Positions 23,578 to 35,688 of a stretch of 64,000 nucleotides of DNA are shown in pieces. The notes under the pieces were generated by a model. The model was not told where the DNA came from, did not search any database, and was given only the letters and a program-made list of their open reading frames with translations. Each line of letters opens with the position of its first letter. The first letter of the stretch is position 1. The position numbers were made by a program, and so were the translations under genes. Origin of the DNA: Eledone cirrhosa (lineage: Eukaryota); the NCBI GenBank assembly GCA_964016885.1, contig OZ024742.1:146816001-146880000 (forward strand). The letters are read 5' to 3'.

Positions 23578-25059
23578 CAAATGAAGAGCTATGTGTATAT
23601 ACAGAGAGAGAAAGAGCCATATATTATAGAATATGTATTTGGTATATATACAATATACCGTATTTCTGGTGCGATATATAGCTCTTTCTCTCTATATATA
23701 TACATATATCTCTTCATTTAGTTATTATAGCTCTAGATAAAGTCTATTGAGCTTGCTTATTTAGAAACACAAAATTCTAAACATATTTGATTCATTATTT
23801 ATTTTAATTCATTATTTGCATATATATAAATATATATAAATTATTTGTCTCTAGCATTAGACATCTCAATGAAAAGATAAAATATAAAGATAAAATATAA
23901 ACTTAGAGAAGCAACTGAACATATTAAACTTAAACTAAAATATCGACTTGGAAGATATAAGCTAGACCAACTAAACTACATCAATCATGGTTTATATATA
24001 CAGCAGAGAGGGGGGGGGGAATACAGACAGACAGACAGACAGACCCATAGATAGATAAACTCCTAAAAGACTTCCCCTCAGCAAATCAATTAAAGCATTA
24101 ATCTGTGAGGTTCTGACAAATTTCAATTCTATCAGACATTCTTAAATCAGTTGAGACCTGATATCAACAAATTTAGTGTGATAAACTTTTTAAAGCTCCA
24201 GAAACGAATGTATTACCAACTGGAGAAATGAAACCAATTTCAAGTTCTGACAATTGCTACTTCAAACATTTACACAATTTCAAAGCTAAATACTGACATA
24301 ACTTTTGTTGAAATTGGTTATAATTTTAAGACATGCACAAAATCATCATCATCATCATTGTTATCATCATTGTTATCATCATCATCATCATCATCTTCCT
24401 CCTCCTCATAATCATCATCATTATCATCAACACCATCATCATCATCATTATTTTTACATCCATTTTCCATACTTGCATGGCTTTAATGTGTCTTCTCCAG
24501 TATAGCATCTCTCCAATTGATTCTTTCCTTTGTCATCTCCTTTGTCAAGTGTAGGTCCTTGAGTTCAACTCTTGACATATTGCATGGTAAGGTCATCAGC
24601 AAATCCACCATTACAAACCCTTGGTGATTTGTTGACACTCTGCAGGATGCAAAGCAAAACCTGTCAAAACATGGATAAACCTCTACTGCCTCGTGGCCAT
24701 AATCCTCAAGTTGAAGTCCCTACGGCAGTTCATTGATAATTACAACTTTGTTCTGGCAGCTCCTATAACATTGCTGCTACTAAAACATACTGGCTCTGCT
24801 GTTACTTTGGAATCCTCAGTGATGTGGAGAGAGAAGGATGCAGCAAATGGCCATGTATGACTGAAGAGGAGGCAAAGATAAAGCTAGGGTGCAGGATGGT
24901 GATTATATTATCTCGTGTAATCACATGAAACAATTTGTAGCCACCTTGCATCCTAGCTATTGATTGCAATAATTATAAATATGGAAGGAGTGAATGTTAT
25001 AGTTTATGGGTTGTTTCTATGTCAATAAAACTAATTAATTATTATACATATGTATACAA

Positions 25060-25322
25060 CAACTGTAGTGTGCAGGAGAGAAGACTATGTTGGTATGGCC
25101 ATGTGATGCACATGGATGATGACCGCTAGTGCCAAGAAGTCCCTGAGGAAGGAAGACACAGTAGAGGAAGACCACGAAAAACATGAGCTAACTTCAGATT
25201 GCTGAAGATCACAGAGGAGAGGACGAAGGACAGTGACAAATAGAGAGATGCTGTGTTGAAGAGCACCCATCCCACCCTTGCAAGCAAGGAAAAGTGGATG
25301 TAAAATAATGATGATGATGATG
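25060..25322 (+). mobile_element. Degenerate RTE-A 3' fragment
   Basis: Matches 32245-32526 with deletions and ends in (GAT)n. Confidence 0.75.
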
Positions 25323-26195
25323 TAAATTATCTAACTAGAATGATAATACTACAATAAACTTTCTTGCTTGGAACTAAACCACACATCTATTAGTTTGTAA
25401 AGTGTTTGTTATGTAAACCAGATATTATATTGTTTGGTTCTGAGTTCAAATCCCACTGAGGTTAACTTTGCCTTTCATCCTTACGGGGTCAATAAAATAA
25501 AGTACCAGTAATACACTGGGTAATTGCTGGCCTTGTGCCTAACGTAGAAACAATTATATGTGCTTCTCAGAAACATTCTTCAGTCTTCCTATTGATATTT
25601 ATGGTTTATATATGTAGAGTAGTGTGATTGCAGTTGGAATTGAAACCATCATCTATTAGTTTGTGACATGTTTAAATATAGAGAGATGTGATGGCAACAG
25701 ATCCAGCCCTTGGGTAGTTAGCATTCTAGGTTAGCCCTACAATAGACACCCCAAACTTCTTTCAGTTATGTACCTCAGTCTTCCAAATAAAACAATTTCA
25801 ACTTACAGTTTAGCAGTTTAGCAAGCTAACAAACCAAGTTTTTGACACTTCTTGGTCTGACCCACACTTGGAAAATTACTAAACCTGCATTTATCTCTAT
25901 GCAGTCCACACTCACCCACACTAAATCATATTACAGGTCATAACACCATATAGCCCTCTCCACCACTTTTGATATTTCCTCAATACTACAATATGGCAAA
26001 GATATTTTGTGATTAATTTATTGATTGCATAAAATTATTATATATGATAATTACACAAATTAATGTAAAAACAGATCACATTAATGTGATCTGTTTTGTA
26101 TGATAGTGGTAAAGGTGGGGAGAGGGGGATAATGATGAGGATTAGGATGATATATATATATGCATACATGTATACATACTTATATACATACATAT

Positions 26196-26530
26196 GGAGG
26201 CACATGGCTTAGTGGCCTTGCAATCGAAAGGTTGTGAGTTCAATTCTCAGACCGGGTGATGTGTTGTTTCCTTGAGCAAGGCACTTTATTTCACATTGCT
26301 CCAGTTTACTCAGCTGTAGAAATGAGATGATAGGGACTGGGGGTCCCTATCATTCCACTGCAAAATGGTCGTTGAGGTGCCACGGCAAAAAAGCACCCAG
26401 CACTCACTGTAAATGAGGTTGGTGTTAGGAAGGGCATCCAGCTGTAGAAATCAAGCCAGAATCAGTTCCCGTCCCACCCTTGCAAGCAGGGAAAAGCGGA
26501 CGTAAAATGATGATGATGATGAATGATGAT
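26196..26530 (+). mobile_element. SINE-1 (tRNA head, RTE-A tail)
   Basis: A box tggcttagtgg and B box gtgagttcaattc. The tail ccgtcccacccttgcaagcagggaaaagcggacgtaaaa(tga)n is identical to the RTE-A end. Confidence 0.85.
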
Positions 26531-26874
26531 ACGTATCTGGCAGGTTTTCTATGGCTGGATGCCCTTCCTAACACCAACCATAGTCCACACTCTAAATATG
26601 GCTGGTGTTAGGAAGGGCATCCAGCCGTAGAAAACCTGCCAGAAACAGTTCTATACATGCGAGAAATTTAGTAGATAGAAAATGTGTTGTAGCACTGTAC
26701 AGTACCAGTAATTCAAAGGACCAACCTTATTACACAGTATCGCGCTGAATCTCCCTGAGAGCTACGTTATGGGTACATATGTCGCTGGAATGCTCAGCCA
26801 CTTACATGTAAATTTCATGAGTATGCTGTTCCATTCAAAACACTCATCGTGAAAACCAATGGAGATCCATTCTA

Positions 26875-27625
26875 TATGTATGTAAGTATGTATGTATATA
26901 TATGTATGTAAGTATGTATGTAAGTATGTATGTATATATATGTATGTAGGTATGTATGTATGTATATGTATGTAAGTATGTATGTATATATATGTATGTA
27001 AGTATGTATGTATATATATGTATGTAAGTATGTATGTATATATATGTATGTAAGTATGTATGTATATATATGTATGTAAGTATGTATGTATATATATGTA
27101 TGTAAGTATGTATGTATATATATGTATGTAAGTATGTATGTATATATATGTATGTAAGTATGTATGTATATATATGTATGTAAGTATGTATGTATATATA
27201 TGTATGTAAGTATGTATGTATATATATGTATGTAAGTATGTATGTATGTATATATATGTATGTATGTATGTATGTATATATATGTAAGTATGTATGTATA
27301 TATATGTATGTAAGTATGTATGTATATATATGTATGTAAGTATGTATGTATATATATGTATGTAAGTATGTATGTATATATATGTATGTAAGTATGTATG
27401 TATATATATGTATGTAAGTATGTATGTAAGTATGTATATATATGTATGTAAGTATGTATATATATGTATGTAAGTATGTATGTATATATATGTATGTAAG
27501 TATGTATGTATATATATGTATGTAAGTATGTATATATATGTATGTAAGTATGTATGTATGTATATATATGTAAGTATGTATGTATATATATGTATGTAAG
27601 TATGTATGTATGTATATATATATAC
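26875..27625. repeat. 26-bp TATG-derived minisatellite
   Basis: Unit tgtatgtaagtatgtatgtatatata, with aag markers 26 bp apart. Confidence 0.9.
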
Positions 27626-27654
27626 ATAAAGTTGTTCTTTCTTTGTTTCAATGT

Positions 27655-27714
27655 ACAACATCAACATCAACATCATCATCATCATTATCATCATCATTAC
27701 CAAAAATCATCATG

Positions 27715-27745
<31 letters not shown>

Positions 27746-28048
27746 CCATCGTCATCATCACCACCATCGTTATCATCATCATTGCCAATCATCATTATCA
27801 TAATCACCATCACCATCATCACCATCATCATCATCATCAACACCATCATCAACACCGTCATCATTATCATCATCAACACCATCATTGTCACCGCCATCAT
27901 CATCATCATCGTCATCATCACCATCATCGTTATCATCATAATCACCATCATCATCATTACCACCATCATCACCACCACCACCATCATCATCATCACCATC
28001 ACCACCACCATCATCAACACCGTCATCAACACCATCATCGTCACCGCC

Positions 28049-28093
<45 letters not shown>

Positions 28094-28230
28094 GTCATCA
28101 TCATCGTCACCATCATCGTCACCATCATCACCATCACCACCTTCATCATCATCGTCCCCATCATCACCATCATCGTCACCATCGTCGTCACCATCATCAT
28201 CATCATCATCAACACCATCATTGTCACCAC

Positions 28231-28269
<39 letters not shown>

Positions 28270-28270
28270 A
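27655..28270. repeat. (CAT/CAC)n microsatellite
   Basis: Direct reading. Source of the poly-H, poly-I and poly-M pseudo-ORFs. Confidence 0.95.
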
Positions 28271-28697
28271 CTATTGTATATTTATCATATTTAATATTTG
28301 ATTCAGTTTCAACATCTCTAAAATAATGTTCTGGTTTCTTAAAAAAAAAAAAAAAAAAAAAAAAAATGACAGGACTTCATTTGTCTGTATTCTGTACATA
28401 ACTTGTAAAGATCTGCACACAGCAGCACCCTTTAGATGTTACTGCTGCTGTTACTGTTGTTGTTGCAGCTATGTGATGCATAGTGAATGTTACCTGTTTG
28501 TAGCAGGCGCTAGTATTAGTTATGGAAATTTTGTTCTGTAGAAAGAAGAGAATATTTTCTTTCATTATTGCATACATCACATGATGCTTGTATATAATAT
28601 GCCATAGCACAAGAATAGAACCAGATGTTTTCAACATTTTGTTACATTCTGTGATGAATAAGAACGAGAAAAACATGATGAGGAAATCAATTTTATA

Positions 28698-28778
<81 letters not shown>

Positions 28779-28866
28779 ATATATTATATATTATATATAT
28801 ATATATATTATATATTATATATATATATATATATATAAATATATATCATATATTATATATATATAC

Positions 28867-28902
<36 letters not shown>

Positions 28903-28965
28903 TCATTTTACGTCCGCTTTTCCCTGCTTGCAAGAGAGGGACTATATATATATATATTATATATT

Positions 28966-29019
<54 letters not shown>

Positions 29020-29107
29020 CCCATGCTAGCGTGGAAGAACAGACGTAAAACGCTGATGATGATATATATATATATATATATACACACATTTATGTGTACA
29101 TATATAT

Positions 29108-29139
<32 letters not shown>

Positions 29140-29246
29140 TTATATATATATATGTATACATATATATATGTGTGTATACATATATATATATATGTATGTA
29201 TACATATATATATATATATACATGTGAGTGCATATATATATATAGA

Positions 29247-29327
<81 letters not shown>

Positions 29328-29821
29328 GACATACATATACATATACATACATATACATATCATCATCATCCTTTTTAGGTCCGCTTCACCATATGAATAT
29401 ATGTATGTAAATATATGTATGCATCTATAAGTGTGTGTGGCTAAAATATTATCTAAATAGCCTAGGGTGATATTTGCAGCTTGAAGTTCTTCTATTCAAA
29501 ATATTCCATGTACTAATTCATATTTTTCAGTATTTTTGATCAAATTCTTCAATTTCTTGTTTCAACACCACGCAGGAGTCTATTATTCTCTACTAGAATT
29601 GGTAAAGATGGAATTTTCATTAATTAAAGAAAGTAGCTCATATATTCAATTTGATTGTTGAAATATTTCAATATGTACAGAAGACAAGGCTGAGTGTTTA
29701 AGAAGTATAATTCATAACCTTTGGTTTTCGGGTTGAATCTCACTGCTTGGAACCTTTGTCAAGTGTCTCTTACTTTAACCTCAAGTTGCCTAATGCCATC
29801 TGAGTGAAATTTGGTATATTG

Positions 29822-32526
29822 AAACTCTTGCAAACAACCACAATGACAGAGGACGGAGACATCGTTATGCTAGCAGGAGACTTCAATGGTCATGTTGGAC
29901 AGCTCCAGGATGGTTACACTGGGGTACATGGTGGGCACGGTTACGGTTCAAGAAATGAAGAAGGAGTGAAACTTCTTGAATTTTGTGATGCAAGTACATT
30001 GACTATTTGCAACACAAACTTCCAGAAACCTGCCAATCACCTAATAACCTACAAATCTGGTGAGCACATAAGCCAGATTGACTTCCTGCTAGTTAGGCAG
30101 CGGGACAGGCAGATAGTGTCTAATACCAAGGCATACCCTGGGGAAGAATGTACCCCACAGCATAGGTTAGTTGTTAGTGATATCTCAGTAAGCAAGAGAT
30201 GGAATGAGACATATAGGAAGGTGTGGAGAAGAAAGGTCTGGAAGCTAAAAGACCTTTCACTAAAATTCAAATTTAGGAAAGCCCTTCAAGATGTATATGG
30301 CGAAAAAAAAAGAAGACGATTTAGAGACGTATGACATAGATAATAACTGGAAGTTCTTACGTGACAACTTGCTGCAGGCTACTGATGAAACCTGTGGCTG
30401 GAGCAGAGCTCCAACCAGACAGAGAGTGACCTGGTGGTGGAACAGCACAGTAGATAAGGCTATTAGAGACAAAAGACTAGCATGGAAGGCTTGGAAAAAG
30501 GGTGGCAGTAGGGAAGAATATACAGCCACTAAGAGAGAAGCTAGACGTCAGGTGTACTTAGCACGCAGGGAGGCAGAGAGTAGGAAGTTTGCCAATGTTC
30601 TGCGACGGGAAGATCAGAGGCGTGCGGTGTTCCACATTGCAAGGCAGTGTGTCAATGCAAATCAGGATGTTGTTGGTGATAAATGTGTCCGGGATGATGC
30701 CAGTGTACTTAGTGTCACGAATGACCAGAAAAAGGAGGCCTGGAAATGTCATTATGAGAGACTGATGAATGTGGAGAACGAATGGGAGAGAGAGAAATTA
30801 CCCTTGGTAGATCCGACAGAGGGACCAGCTATTGAGATTGACGAATATAGGGTCCAAGAGGCGATTAGGGAAATGAAAAATGGTAAGGCGGCCGGACCAT
30901 CGGGAATAGTTGCTGAGATGCTGAAGGCATCAGGGGACGTAGGCACTAAACTGGTTGCACGCATCATCAATCAGGCTATATATGGTGGTGTCATACCCAA
31001 AGACTGGTGCAGCAGTATTCTCATAAATTGCTACAAAGGTAAAGGGGATGCTTTGGAGAGGAGCAATTATAGGGGTATAAAGCTGATAGATCAGGTTATG
31101 AAAGTGGCAGAAAGGATTTTAGCACAACTAATTAGAGAAAGGGTCAAACTAGATGAGATGCAGTTTGGTTTTGTGCCTGGGAAGAGTACAACAGATGCCC
31201 TCTTCTTGGTGAGACAAATGCAAGAGAGGTTCTTAGAGAAGAATAAGCCACTATACTTAGCCTTTGTTGACCTAGAGAAGGCCTTTGATAGGGTACCCCG
31301 ATCTGTCATCTGGTGGTCCCTAAGGAAGCTGGGTGTTGAGGAATGGCTTGTGAGGACAGTGCAAACTTTGTACAGAGGTACTCTCAGTAAAGTCAGGGTA
31401 GGAATGGAGTTTAGTGAGGAATTCCAGATACAAGTAGGAGTACATCAGGGTTCGGTCCTCAGCCCGCTCTTGTTCATTATAGTCCTCCAAGCCATAACAG
31501 AGGAGTTTAAGACTGGCTGTCCATGGGAACTTCTCTATGCTGACGATCTGGCTCTTATGGCAGAATCAGTAGAGGAGCTAGAGAATAAATTCCGGCTATG
31601 GAAACAGCAGTTGGAAGCAAGAGGACTGAGAGTAAATCTAGCTAAGACAAAAGTGTTGATGAGTAGAAAAGAGGACAAAACCCTGATTCCGTCAGGGAAA
31701 TGGCCATGTTCGATATGCAGAAAAGGAACTGGCATAAATTCTATAAAATGCACACAATGCAGGTCCTGTGTACACAAGAGATGTAGCGGGATAGCAGGCA
31801 AACTAACAGGTAGGGAGAAATATGTATGCAGTAGATGTACAGGGAAATTAGACAGTAGAATCGCACTGATAGACACATTTTTCAAATGCGAGAGGGCGCT
31901 ATAGAAGTGGTGGATAGCTTCCGGTACCTAGGAGATCAGATTAGCATGGGAGGAGGGTGTTCCGAGGCCATAGTATCTAGAATAAGGACGGGTTGGAAGA
32001 AGTTTAGGGAGCTGCTTCCTCTGTTGACGAAGAAGGGTTTCTCCCTGCGTACGAAAGGCCGGATGTATGATGCCTGTGTGAGGAGCGCGATGCTGCATGG
32101 TAGTGAGACATGGGCAGCAACCGCAGAGGATATGCGACAGCTGGAGAGAAATGAGGCAAGCATGCTCCGTTGGATGTGCAGTGTAAATGTGCGTGAACGA
32201 CCCAGCATAAATGTGTTGAGAGAGAAACTGTGTCTGAGAGGGATAGAATGTAGTGTACGGGAGAGGAGACTGAGGTGGTATGGACATGTGATGCGCATGG
32301 AGGATGACCGATGGGTGAAGAAGTGCCAGGAAATGCCAGTTGAGGGAAGACGTGGTAGAGGTAGACCACGAAAAACATGGGCGGAGGTGGTGAGAACAGA
32401 CCTCAGATCATTGAAGCTCACGGTGGAGATGACGAGGGACCGTGACGAGTGGAGAGATGCTGTGCTGAATAAGACCCGTCCCACCCTTGCAAGCAGGGAA
32501 AAGCGGACGTAAAATGATGATGATGT
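29822..32526 (+). mobile_element. RTE-A LINE, 5'-truncated, young copy
   Basis: ORFs 29804-30334, 30291-31904 and 31886-32512 give partial EN, a full RT (GVHQGSVLSP, YADD) and the C-terminus. Only two frame breaks seen, the A-run near 30305 and a 1-nt loss near 31860. Confidence 0.95.
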
Positions 32527-32560
32527 GTAAACCAATCATATATATATATATATATTTAAT

Positions 32561-32961
32561 ATGGAGGCACATGGCTTAGTGGTTAGAGCATTGGCCTTGC
32601 AATCGAAAGGTTGTGAGTTCAATTCTCAGACCGGGTGATGTGTTATTTCCTTGAGCAAGACACTTTATTTTACATTGCTCCAGTTTACTCAGCTGTAGAA
32701 ATGAGATGATAGGGACTGGGGTCCATATCATTCCACTGCAAAGTGGTCGTGGAGGTGCCACGGCAAAAAAGCACCCAGCCCACACTGTAAAGTGGTCGTG
32801 TGGAGGTGCCACGGCAAAAAACCACTCAGCACTCACTGTAAATGAGGTTGGTGTTAGGAAGGGCATCCAGCTGTAGAAATCAAGCCAGAATCAGAACCCG
32901 TCCCACCCTTGCAAGCAGGGAAATGCGGATGTAAAATGATGATGATGATGATGATGATGAT
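32561..32961 (+). mobile_element. SINE-1 full length
   Basis: Head ggaggcacatggcttagtggttagagc...gtgagttcaattc, an internal duplication of about 40 bp, the RTE-A tail and (GAT)n. Confidence 0.85.
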
Positions 32962-33002
32962 ATATAAATATATATATATATACCTGTTACATACATATAT
33001 AT

Positions 33003-33329
33003 ATACGATATTAACAAATGGAAACTATATTTATAAAACCATATTTATTTCATTATACATATTTCAAGGACACCAAGTTAAATTATGGTGTGCTTTCATC
33101 AGATAAAATATAATATAGAGCAGTTTTATAAATAAATATTGACATACCCTTAAAGAATGCAACCATTACTGTTGGAAGCTCCCGGGTATGTCAATATTTA
33201 TTTATAAAACTGCTCTATATTATATTTTATCTGATGAAAGCACACCCTAATTTAACTTGGTGTCCTTGAAACATGTATAATGAAATAAAATGGTTTTATA
33301 AATATAGTTTCCATTTGTTAATATTGTAT
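33003..33329. repeat. Fold-back element with about 145-bp arms, each with a hammerhead core
   Basis: 33003-33149 pairs with 33184-33329. 33231-33277 reads CTGATGA-aagcacacc..ggtgtcctt-GAAA-catg-TA, with imperfect stem I. A partial third copy lies at 35265-35335. Confidence 0.8.
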
Positions 33330-33429
33330 TTTTACTCCAAATATTTGTTGAGTGCTTTATATCAGTTATAAAAATATTTGCTTGTTGTATCCCAACAAAT
33401 TAAATAGAACTTTTACATATATATATATA

Positions 33430-33783
33430 TATTTCATTTCATTTTCATTTCATTTCATTTTACGTCCACTTTTTCCCTGCTTGCAAGGGTGGGACGGGAA
33501 CTGATTCTGGCTTGATTTCTACAGCTGGATGCCCTTCCTAACACCAACCTCATTTACAGTGAGGGCTGGGTGCTTTTTTGCTGTGGCACCTCTATGACCA
33601 CTTTGCAGTGGAATGATAGGGACCCCAATCCCTATCATCTCATTTCTACAGCTGAGTAAACTGGAGCAATGTGGAATAAAGTGTCTTGCTCAAGGAAACA
33701 ACACATCACCCGCTCTGAGAATTGAACTCACAACCTTTCGATTGCAAGGCCAATGCTCTAACCACTAAGCCATGTGCCTCCAT
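33430..33783 (-). mobile_element. SINE-1 full length
   Basis: Reverse complement of 32561-32961 without the internal duplication. The tail is (GAAAT)n. Confidence 0.85.
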
Positions 33784-34057
33784 TTATAAATATACACTGT
33801 CAATGTGGTTGGCACTAGGAAGGGCATCCAGTCATATAAAGCCAGCCAGAAACAACCCTATATGAGCGAGACATGGTCACCTGACCCAACTTACCTCTAA
33901 ATGGGGCAAACCCGTCTAACCCATGCTAGCATGGAGGATGGACGTTAAACGATGAGGATGATGAGGAGGAGGATGATATATGTGACCATGTCAGTATTCA
34001 ATGCAAGCCGCTGACATGATAGATAGGCCAGAGGCCAGTTTCACACAAACTTTAGAC

Positions 34058-34369
34058 CAGTGCTTCTCAAACTATCTGATGTGGCAGACCAGCATTTTTT
34101 TTTTCAATGTGCCACGTACCGTTAATATTTCATAGTAATATTAATTTATACCGGAAACGCTATATATAATGAATATAATAAGAGTTGACCATTTTTTTAT
34201 CTTCTATTTATTTTGTAAACAAATAATACAATATCAAAACATATAAAAAAGTAATAAAAAAAAATTCCTCAAATGATTCCTTAGCATGGCCTGGACACTG
34301 GCTGCGTATCGGTAGCTGATGGCTCGCGTTCCAGCACCGGTCCGCAGACCACCATTTTGAGTAGCACTG
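34058..34369. mobile_element. hAT (Charlie-like) MITE
   Basis: TIRs cagtgcttctcaaa and tttgagtagcactg. 8-bp TSD ctttagac / ctttagag. Confidence 0.85.
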
Positions 34370-34489
34370 CTTTAGAGCACTCTAGCAAGTGTATTTTATC
34401 ATGACACCAGCACTAGAGAGGTTGTTATGTCTTTGACACAGCTGAAGAGACTCCCCAAACCCTTTGTCTGGTAGGTTTTCTATGGCCAG

Positions 34490-34547
<58 letters not shown>

Positions 34548-34599
34548 TTTCTGAATTTGTTTAGCAAGATTCTTTATCTGAAATCGTGTGTTGAAACCG

Positions 34600-35024
34600 A
34601 TATTGTTATACTTTGGGAGGGTCATGTTGCCAATAAGAAACACATGCACCAGTTGCTTTCACTTCAATTTAACATGTAAATAAACAAATAAATAAATAAA
34701 TGAACATAAACACACACAGACACCCGAATGTGGCGCATGCGCAGACTGAGCACACAACACACACACAGAAACAAAATGGCGTAGGACAGAACAAAGGAGA
34801 GGCACAGAAACAAAGAAAGGAATCCCCAGTCACTGAAGAGGTCACAGAGTGTGTGACGAAAGAACTATGACTATATATAAACAACTATCTGGTTGTGGAA
34901 CCAACCAACCAACCAACCAGAAATTTATAAATTTATAAATTTATTATAAATTTATTATAATAAATTGAAGTGAAAGCAACTGGTGCGTGTGTTTCTTATT
35001 GGCAACATGACCCTCCCAAAGTAT

Positions 35025-35030
<6 letters not shown>
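34600..35030 (+). mobile_element. Non-coding PLE derivative with about 70-bp inverted termini
   Basis: 34601-34671 pairs with 34961-35030. Shares ordered motifs with 16160-16503: cgcatgcgcaga, atggcrtagg, the hammerhead and atgaccctccc.aagtata. Confidence 0.75.
34828..34872 (+). ncRNA. Type-I hammerhead ribozyme motif, intact core
   Basis: agtca-CTGAAGA-g-gtcac agagtgt gtgac-GAAA-gaac-TA-tgact. Stems I and II pair perfectly. Confidence 0.75.
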
Positions 35031-35070
<40 letters not shown>

Positions 35071-35358
35071 GATTTAGGACCCTGACAGCTGAGCTCTTGC
35101 TGTTTCAACAGCTAGTTCCAAATTCCAAGTATCGAGTATTCTGATGAGTAATGGTCTAACAGGTTTTTACTGCATCCATTCTGATTCATATATATATAGG
35201 GATATTTAATTTGTTGGTAATTCAACAAATACATTGATTAATATCATTGATAGTTTCCATTTATTGGTACCCTTGAAATATATATAATAGAATAAATATG
35301 GTTTTATAAATATAGTTTCCATTTATTAATATCATTGATATATATATATATATATATA

Positions 35359-35543
35359 TATTTTGACTAAAGAAATAAAAGAAATTATTTAGCCTGATAG
35401 TGGGGTTAAGAACCCTCGGAGAAATGGAAAAAGATGAGTATTGACTCCCATGTACGTCAATACTCATCTTTTTCCATTTCTCCGAGGGTTCTTAACCCCA
35501 CTATCAGGCTAAATAATTTCTTTTATTTCTTTAGTAAAAAATA
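35359..35543. repeat. Fold-back element, about 87-bp arms and a 10-nt loop
   Basis: 35359-35445 pairs with 35456-35543. Same family as 43465-43642. No canonical hammerhead core found. Confidence 0.85.
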
Positions 35544-35601
35544 CAGCGATAACTTACATTTCTAATAATTTCAAACCCACTCGCTGTTTCGAAAATATTC
35601 T

Positions 35602-35687
<86 letters not shown>

Positions 35688-35688
35688 C

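Noticed and set aside
31850-31905. Apparent conserved -1 frameshift after the Cys-rich module (also near 59620 in RTE-B)
   Set aside because: RTE-A copy 1 has an extra G (agaagtcgc, about 13386) and is in frame here, so copy 2 has a private 1-nt deletion. There is no canonical slippery heptamer.
32561-32635. tRNA gene
   Set aside because: A and B boxes are present but there is no clean cloverleaf, and the sequence continues into a SINE body found in several copies.
35141-35170. Plus-strand CTGATGA as a hammerhead core
   Set aside because: No downstream stem II-GAAA. Only a minus-strand 3' half-motif is present nearby.
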